Shown here: positions 56,001 to 64,000 of the stretch, in pieces
Layout: each line of letters opens with the position of its first letter
Numbering within the stretch: position 1 is the stretch's first letter
From: Octopus vulgaris
Taxonomy: Eukaryota
Length of the DNA: 64,000 nucleotides
Direction: 5' to 3'
NCBI GenBank assembly: GCA_951406725.2
Contig: OX597830.1
Span: 372,001 to 436,000, forward strand
Made by a program: the position numbers and the translations under genes
Notes under the pieces: generated by a model
Database searches by the model: none
The model's input: the letters and a program-made list of their open reading frames with translations, nothing else
What the model was told of the DNA's origin: nothing

Positions 56001-56685
56001 TTTGCATACAACTAACAAGAATCTAACAAGAATCTGAATGATACACTCGGAAATTTATGGAAAGACAATAGGAATTATTATAATCAAAATTATGAAAGTA
56101 ATTTTAAAATAATTGTGAAATGATTTGGAAATATTAAAAATAAACGGTGTGTATATGTAGGGGGTTCTTAAATGAATTGACATAAATGGTATTGCCGACT
56201 ATTTTAAGCGAATATGAGAAGTGACAGCGAAATAACCATGAAAGAAATCGGAAATAATTTATGAAATGGCGAAGAATCGGGAGATAAAATCCACTCCACA
56301 TCACACCAGCACCATCAGAGAAAAAAGAGAAAATATCCATTAAATAATTAAGAAATCACAGAAGCAAAAATAAACGCGTATGAGCGAGTTCTTTGGAATC
56401 ACAGATAGAGGTATCTGGAAAGAAGGAAAAGATGAAGAATTTCGCTAAAAGTTTTGGAAATAATTATCAATGAACAAAAGAAAAAATTGTTAACAGAAGA
56501 AAATTTTGTTCATGTAGTTTTGTTTCGAATAAATTCTTGACAATTACAGATGTTAGAAATAGAAGAATGCCAAAGTGAAAAGAGAAGCAATCAAAAAATT
56601 AGGGGCATATATTACGAATTTTTTGTTTCGATAAATTCATCACTGGTACAAATATTTTAACATAATGAAATACGACATATCAGAA

Positions 56686-56728
<43 letters not shown>

Positions 56729-57345
56729 TTCTCTCTGTATATATATATATATATATTTGTATGCAAGTGTATACATATATACCTATATGAATAGCTATCA
56801 AACCAACAGAATCTTTATCCCTGCCCAGCATGTACATAAATTCATACATACACGCATACATGAATATATACATACATACATACAAGCATGCATATATACA
56901 TGCATACATATATACATGTTTACAATGTGTATGTATGTAGCTCGGTCACGGAGTCAGGTCTGTAATTCATAGCTACAGCACGATAGTGAATTGAAAATTA
57001 AAAATTTATTTGATAGTGATGATGATGATATATAACCACATGTGTGTTAATACATGCATGTATTTATATATTCATGTAGGTATGTACATATGCATGTGTC
57101 TGTGCATGTTTGTGCGTGTGTGTGTGAATGAGACACATGCGCTCACACACACACACACATACATCTCTACAATTAAAATCATTTGCTTGCTTTTCACCCA
57201 TGCAGTTCAATGATTTAATTATTTTTAATAAATGGCTTTGCTACTTTTCTTAATTAGAAATGATTTACGAAGGGGGAAATAATTTTGTTCATGTTTCATA
57301 ATTCGAGATTTATGAAGGGGTTGGGGTTACGGTAACAGGAAAATA

Positions 57346-57720
57346 CAGGGCTATGCAAATAAAATCGGGACTCATGAAAATTCTATTGGAATAATAATTG
57401 ATTGGGTGTACACATAACGGCGAGAATACCGTTTCTGTTCATTTTAATGCGTTCTGGCAGCATATATTCACGTTCGTCGAAGACCCTTCACATGGAAGAA
57501 TCGCGTAAATGGAGGAGGTGGTCCCTTCTGTAAAAAAAAAAGCAAAAATCAATGGCAAAACAATTGAACGCCTTCCTTGAGCTATCATCAGTAACTTGCA
57601 CGAAGTCAGTGAATCAAGGTTTTCTACATTTATCATGCAGAGTATTTCTAATGTTGAATCGTGTAAAATATGCAAGCTTTGGGTGATTTGCATATGATAT
57701 CTGATAAACGAAAGTGAGAT
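57346..57720 (+). mobile_element. Decayed mariner fragment
   Basis: TA-CAGGG start; FVEDPSHGR (cf. SVED.PRSGRP); CKICKLWVI (cf. KVCARWVP). Confidence 0.5.
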
Positions 57721-58067
57721 CAGTCAAATTAAGTATAATCTGTGGTAATAGTCATAGGCTGGTATGAAATAAAATACAGAAACTGAAAGAGTGAAATCTG
57801 GAAAACAATAAATACCACGAGAGAATGGAAACATTTGAAGATAGAGAACGATTATTTACTCTAAGAATGTTGAAGGGTTTCTCGTAGTAGGTTTCTCGGC
57901 CCAGGCCAAAGATATAAAGCTGGTGTGTTTAATCTATGTTGATAGGTCCAGATAGAAATTTAGAATATTAGTGGTGCATCGATCAATCAGAGAAGTGAAA
58001 GAAAATTATAATATAGAATTCATAGATTAATGCGCGCGTGGGTGTGACTGCACGCGCATTCCTTCTA

Positions 58068-58295
58068 TTAGCATATCCACATAATCTGTTCATCAACTGA
58101 ATAATTCGTTGGCATCATAACGTTCAAACAAAAGCCATCTAAACGTTTGTGAATAACGGAAACAAAACGCAATAACTGCTGCAATCTGCGAGGATTGTCA
58201 AATAATGGTTCACAGATTACTGACATAAATTTATACCCCACTAATTTGTAATAACTCACTAAGATGCCGTAGGGATAGTGTTCAATATCCTTCAC
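58068..58295 (-). pseudogene. piggyBac-like transposase fragment
   Basis: FDN...CLNVMMPTNYSVDEQIM resembles the first catalytic Asp motif P...SIDEQM. Confidence 0.55.
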
Positions 58296-58569
58296 CCATC
58301 CACCTAATGGAGTGTTTTAACCTTGCTTGTTACCAACATCACATGAAGCTCTTTGTGAAAGATTGTCTCAGTGAGCCTGGTTGACAAACACGTTCCAGTA
58401 CAGCTAGAGATATGTGCTCAACGCTTCTGTTTCCACATTTAAAATAAGAATTCGGTTGTTTCTGGCAGATAAAATGATTCTTATCACACCCTGCTATCGT
58501 AGAAAGAGAACGTACATGTTAGATACATTTGAATATACTAGAGTTGATGCCAAAATAACCTGGATGATT

Positions 58570-59330
58570 ACGGCTGGAGCACCGTCATCATATATCTGCT
58601 CTTGAACACTGACCTGACGGTGAACAGCAATGACTTGTTTGCATAGACCTGTATGCGATTTAATAAAGCACAAATATCATCGCAAAGCAAATATCACCAT
58701 GAGTGATATCCAAACTACAGTGAAAAAGGATAGCCACTGGATTTGTTGGAAAAGAAACGATGAGCGGCAGCGAGAAGAATATTGAGCTATATCTGATAAA
58801 CAGTTGATCTAGCAAGCGGGGCCGCATTTCAGTGAGCGGGGCCAGTGCACAATGATGCCATCGAGAGGTAGGTCCTGAAACGGAGGACATTCTCACATGA
58901 TGACCCCATACACTTGTTGGCTTCCGGTATGTGGAGTTTTCGACTGGTAGGTAACCACTGATATACCGGAAAAACGGTTAGGCATCTTGGAAAGACAAGA
59001 GGACTTCTCAGAAAGAGCTGACAATGGGAAAGACTATCGACTACAGAAGAGACTGGCGGAGGCTGCGGACTCGCTTCTGTAACATTTTATAACAACTACT
59101 TTTGAGAATGACAGCCCCGTGATAGACCGAGAGGTGGGTCGAAAATCAATCAAACCCAGTTGACACGGACGTTACCTTGGACATGAATATGGCTCCGAGC
59201 AGCGAACGAAGTATAAACAAGTTTGGATGCAAGCTGTGCTGTAGAACCTTTACAATCGAGAGAGACTTGAAGATACATTCGGGAAAGACTTGTTAGAGGG
59301 GGACAAAGCATCTTTCTCGACGGCAAGATA
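58570..59330 (-). pseudogene. Highly decayed LINE RT
   Basis: Ordered remnants SCLSKM, SLDI, IYDD. Confidence 0.35.
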
Positions 59331-60389
59331 TGAAAGATACTTTAGTGAAATGTAGTTAACTGTTATCTCTCTGTCGATAGTTATCCCTATTCTACACATG
59401 GTGCCTCCACATGACTTTGATCAATGACAATAGCATTCACTCTCATGTGGCACAATTCTGCGCCATTATGATGGCACGATATGAACAATGAACAGTGCGG
59501 CACTAGTTCGCTGTTCCACTGATTTCAGCCGCTATCTACAGAATTTGTATTTATTGACTAAACTTTTCCTGTAATACTTCAGAGGCAGATGTAAGCAATG
59601 ATTTATATTCAACTGAAATAGGTTTTTTTCTCCTTCTGATGATTCATATTTTAGTCATCAGAAAATGTCTGAAACCTGATGCAAGAAACATGTCCACCCA
59701 GCAAAAATAACTGAAACTTGTAATTATTTTTCTTTTCTTTCGCTTCTCATTTATTTTTGCTTAGCTTTTGTTGCTTTGCCTTACTTCAAAGGAGCGAAAC
59801 AAATTGCAGAAGTATTGTAAGAAACATGAAAGAATGAGACGATGCTGCTACATTCCTTGAAAGATCTCTTAATGATATTTTATGGAAAGAATATGTTCAA
59901 GTATTTATTTATATAAGAATATTCTAGATTGTAAATGGTAAAAAGTTTTGAAGGGGAAGTATGTGTGCCTGGGTGAGGGATAGAGACATGTTGCAAATAA
60001 TGTAGAAGGAATAACAAGTCTATTTAGAAAATATATTTCTTTCAATAGATTGATATTCAGAGGTGGGTCGGGACTTGCTTGAAACTGCATTGTTTGGAAA
60101 ATAAAACATCCTTGTATTTATTAATTTTCATCAAAGTTTCACGTTGAAATCTTGCTCAGGTCTCTTTTGAAGTCCATACTTCTGGTGTTGATTAAACCGT
60201 TAGTACGTTGTTACTAGAATCGATTTAATCGACTGCGTCCTCTTTCGGATGTTAGCAAAAGTTAGGCTTTCTTTTCTTTACTTATGGCGTCTTCTTTCAA
60301 AGAGTACGTGTGCGAGTGTTGTCTATGTGCGCGTGTGTGTGTGTGTATGCAGGGGAATGAAGAAGATAATGCGTATGTTCTGTATTTCG

Positions 60390-61093
60390 CGATTTCATTG
60401 CAATTTTCAAGGGAATTGAATCTTCTCGTCTACACCGGAGGTCTTCAAACTCCAATAGTGAAGTACATCTTGTACTCTTGCTCACTGTTTCTTGTCTGTC
60501 TCGAAGTCAAAGTCCCAGAGCATTTTTGCCTTCCCCTTTTGGTCCATTACATTTTCGGGTGTATGTTGGTACCAAGCACCCGTTACCTCGGATCCATACT
60601 TGAGGCGTAGTAGCCAGTGAAGGTTTTGGGCTACCCAGTCATTTCTGCGCTTGTATTCTTTCGGTGCAAGACTTTCACAGGAACTAACAATGTAACACTT
60701 TGGACCCGCTTCCCACACATGCTGAAGAGGTTTGTTGCAATTATGTGGAATCCCTTTTCACTGAGTTGGTATTTAATGACTGTTCCTGGGCAGCAATGAT
60801 TAGGCCTTCAGTATTCTTTTTCAGGCCACACTTGCTGAGCCACCTCCATAATGCTTCCTGGTCATTTAATTTGTTAGTTTCAGGGTGGAACTGACCATGA
60901 AATTCCATGAGGAGTAGGGTTTCTTCGCTCTCGTTGTTTCTTCGTGATCGGAATTCATAAGCACTCCCAGGTCCATTTTTGGTAAATCCTTCTGCATTAG
61001 TAGCCTACTGTAGCAGGTCTTTGCTGTTTACCAAATATATGTTTCTTCTTTCCCTGTTGATGCACTCCCCTACAGTAATCAGCCCATGTGTCC
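60390..61093 (-). pseudogene. R4/Dong-like (restriction-like endonuclease) non-LTR element C-terminal fragment
   Basis: GLITVGEC, FHGQF, IVSSCESLAPKEYKRRNDWVA, WYQHTPENV, MLWDFDFETDK. Confidence 0.8.
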
Positions 61094-61198
61094 TCTTCTT
61101 CTTCTTCTTCTTCTTCTTCTTCTTCTTCTTCTTCTTCTTCTTCTTCTTCTTCTTCTTCTTCTTCTTCTTCTTCTTCTTCTTCTTCTTCTTCTTCTTCT

Positions 61199-61229
<31 letters not shown>
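61094..61229. repeat. (TTC)n(GTC)n microsatellite
   Basis: Seen directly. Confidence 0.95.
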
Positions 61230-62453
61230 GCTCACTTCAAATCGTCATAGTTGTTTATTTTTTCTTCTTTCACATTGATCTTGTCACCGGGTTTTTCCCG
61301 GACTGATAGCCATTATTACTAGTAGTAGTAGTAGCAGTATTAGTATTATGATGATGATGAAGTGACTGAAATATCGAAGGCCTCTTTACAGTATTGAGCA
61401 ATGTTCCTTTATCATGAATGTGAATTCGAAGAAATGACGGAACCCAGATTTAAATGTATTGAGACAATTACCTCCCGAATGAGTAAATCCCGTCATGATA
61501 GCCTTTGCCAGCCGTCGTTCTTCCCGGGCTCGATAAAATAACAATCACAAGCTATTTATTATATTCCTCCTCTAAAATAAGTGGTCGTGCTTCAGGTTTG
61601 GAACCATTATTTCTATGGGATTTTATTCTCCATTTCACCATTTATCTTCGTGAATATACATAACTTTTAAGTTCTTAGACTCTGATGAAATGCGTGAAAG
61701 AAAATAAACCCATTAAAATGATCAATACAGTCTCTTAGAATCATTTTCCTACTCAGTTGTGAAATAATTTCAATTTCTTCCTAATCTGATAGCTTTCTAT
61801 ATTTCCAGACAACCGAACAGAACTAAAATTACCACAGTTATCTTCTGGATTATTTTATTGTCAGAGAATATTGTTGTGCAGAAGCATTAGCGGATAATTT
61901 GTTTATAGCGTTTTTTTTTTTTGTTTTACCGCAATGTTCTTCGTTCTTAGTTTGTAATATCATCAAATATTTTATTAGACAACTGCTATCATATTGAGAT
62001 GAAATAGTGGAACGATCTTCTGTTTTTGTCTCAGTCAGTATGTCAAATGAGTAATCTTAGATTATTCTAGAAGCAGGCTTCCATTTAATATTTGATATTT
62101 GACAGAATTGTTTTGCGGCCACAAAAAGAAGAATTAAACTCAAATCGAACCAATACTACAGACAGAATTTCAGTATCAATTTAAAAAGATTATTTTGATA
62201 TATTTAACCTTTAACGAAGACTTGGAAATATATGAACATCTCAGGGATACGTTTGCACCAGCATTAAAATCTAGACTCGACTAAACACGTGCAATTACTA
62301 ACTGGAGGAAATGAGTAGACAACCGTGTAAATTTCCCAATGAAGTCTTAGCAGAATATGTGTCACTTGTAGCTAGCAGTAAATCGGTTTCCGTTCACACG
62401 GATCACGAACTGAGGCATATTTAACTTCACTTCTCTGATACATGTGTGCAACG

Positions 62454-62498
<45 letters not shown>

Positions 62499-62849
62499 TA
62501 CACATACACACTCACATGTCTTCTGTGCTTAGTCGAAGTAGTATAAAATGAAAATAGCCTCCTGTGTATCATAGGTAACGTATATGCACCGCTTACAGGC
62601 AAAATATTACGGTTTACTTCCACGATAAACATTTGCATATGTCTCCTTTTCTCGCCTGGATGACTTTTCGTTCCCCTTCGATATATTTGGGTTTTTTAAC
62701 ACATCACGTCTATATGTTATCTCAGTCGAAAACTGCATTATCTTGCATGTCAGTGGCAAACATACCGTTACGTTGATGCATGCATGGTTATTATATACAT
62801 ATATGTATATTTATGTACACATATATAGTATTGGCGGTGTCGAAGTGGA

Positions 62850-64000
62850 TGACGCAGCCTGACTCCAAGAAACTGATGATTACAACTACATCAACGTGAC
62901 TGAAGGGGGTAAATCTGGCTCTGAGGTGAGGGTGGGGTTGCGCTCCATCGAAATCCGAACTGATTCGACTACTGTGCTTCGATGGGGAGGATCAGTGATC
63001 ACCGATGTAAAGAGAGTTCGAACCAAAGTGACTGCAGATATGTTAGTAAAGCATCTCCTAGGGGTTTCGGGAGACCTAGCTGGCGAATTTGGCTTGAAGC
63101 TGTACGTGATCTTTGTGCCCTCAGAAAGGAATAAGGCAAACATTCTAACTAGGGTTTAAAATGCCTGGTTGGCGGTACCGGAAGATTCGGAGCGGGAAAT
63201 AGCTGCAGTGTGTCGGTTAGTTGACTCGGAACTAAGGAGGCTGCATGCCATGCATCATATGGACGTGGATAAAACCTGTATCTTACCAGGAGGGTTGACT
63301 CTGACGTCACTACGCAGAGTATTCATAAGGTGGTCGGGAGCTGTGATAGGTGTCAATTCATCGACCCTGCTTTGGGTGTGCATGGACCAGGAAACATCTC
63401 AGTAGAGCGCAGCTGGAGACGACTGGCGGTGGATGTGACGCACTACCACTTATTTCTCGATGGTCGACTGCAAACTGAGTCGGAGGGGCGTATGGAGGGA
63501 AATGAAGACGGGTTCTGCAGATGCGGTTGTACATATTCTGAATGAGATATACCTGGAGCTATGGACGAATTGCTGTTGGACAACGGCACCGCGTTTCGTT
63601 CGGAGATACTGAAAGAGATGCTTGATAAGTGGAACGTGCACTGCTTCTTCAGAGCGGCCGAGTGGAAATGGGATCGTGGAAAGACACCATTGCACAAAGA
63701 TGAGCGAGTAAGATGTCTGCCCGGGTGGACGGCAAATTTGAACATGGAATGAAGTGAGGAGATGGGTTTTTTGACAATGAGGTGAACCGGAAGGAAATAG
63801 CAATGACGTCAAAGACCGAGGGGCCCCATCAGAAGAGAACGAGGGAGAGACGAAGTGAGGGAAGTAAGACCAGCGTGGATCTCTTGTATCTCGGTGCAGG
63901 CATGTTGAACGGACGTGTGTGGAGGTGAGGGCGAGGCAGGGCTTAAGCAATAGATACTGGTGATAGGCGAGACGGGTTGGGCACGTTTTCGACTTAACAC
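62850..64000 (+). pseudogene. Gypsy-like LTR retrotransposon pol fragment (RNase H end + integrase)
   Basis: IRTDS, NKANILTRV, HAMHH..CDRC zinc motif, WRRLAVDVTHY, ELLLDNGTAFRSE; frameshifted. Confidence 0.8.

Noticed and set aside
59634-59695. CTGATGA and CTGATGCAAGAAACATGTC
   Set aside because: The first is sequestered in its own hairpin; the second lacks stem I and stem II.
61005-61306. Poly-K/F/S ORFs
   Set aside because: (TTC)n microsatellite.

Overview
AT-rich, microsatellite-saturated eukaryotic DNA with no host exon I could recognise. The SINE families and (TA)n/(CA)n/(TATC)n load suggest a coleoid cephalopod, probably Octopus (inference). Most ORFs in the track are microsatellite read-through. 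Real coding remnants are all transposon-derived: CR1/L2-group LINEs, a near full-length Tx1/L1-clade LINE inside a (CTAT)n tract, RTE and R4-like fragments, Penelope-like (Naiad-type and Neptune-type) RT/GIY-YIG remnants, Tc1/mariner, piggyBac and Gypsy fragments, plus tRNA-derived SINEs. The main unexplained signal is a set of about eight sequence-distinct elements inserted in (TA)n that carry type I hammerhead ribozyme (HHR) folds. Their catalytic 3:8 pair covaries (C:G, U:A, G:C) and all have a palindromic stem III. Several are non-coding and occur as circularly permuted, more-than-unit-length copies (362-nt and 568-nt units) or as large fold-back palindromes (about 0.3 kb and 1.9 kb). This suggests a retrozyme/circRNA-like system mobilised by Penelope-like RTs. 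All folds were read by eye; no folding or database search was run.
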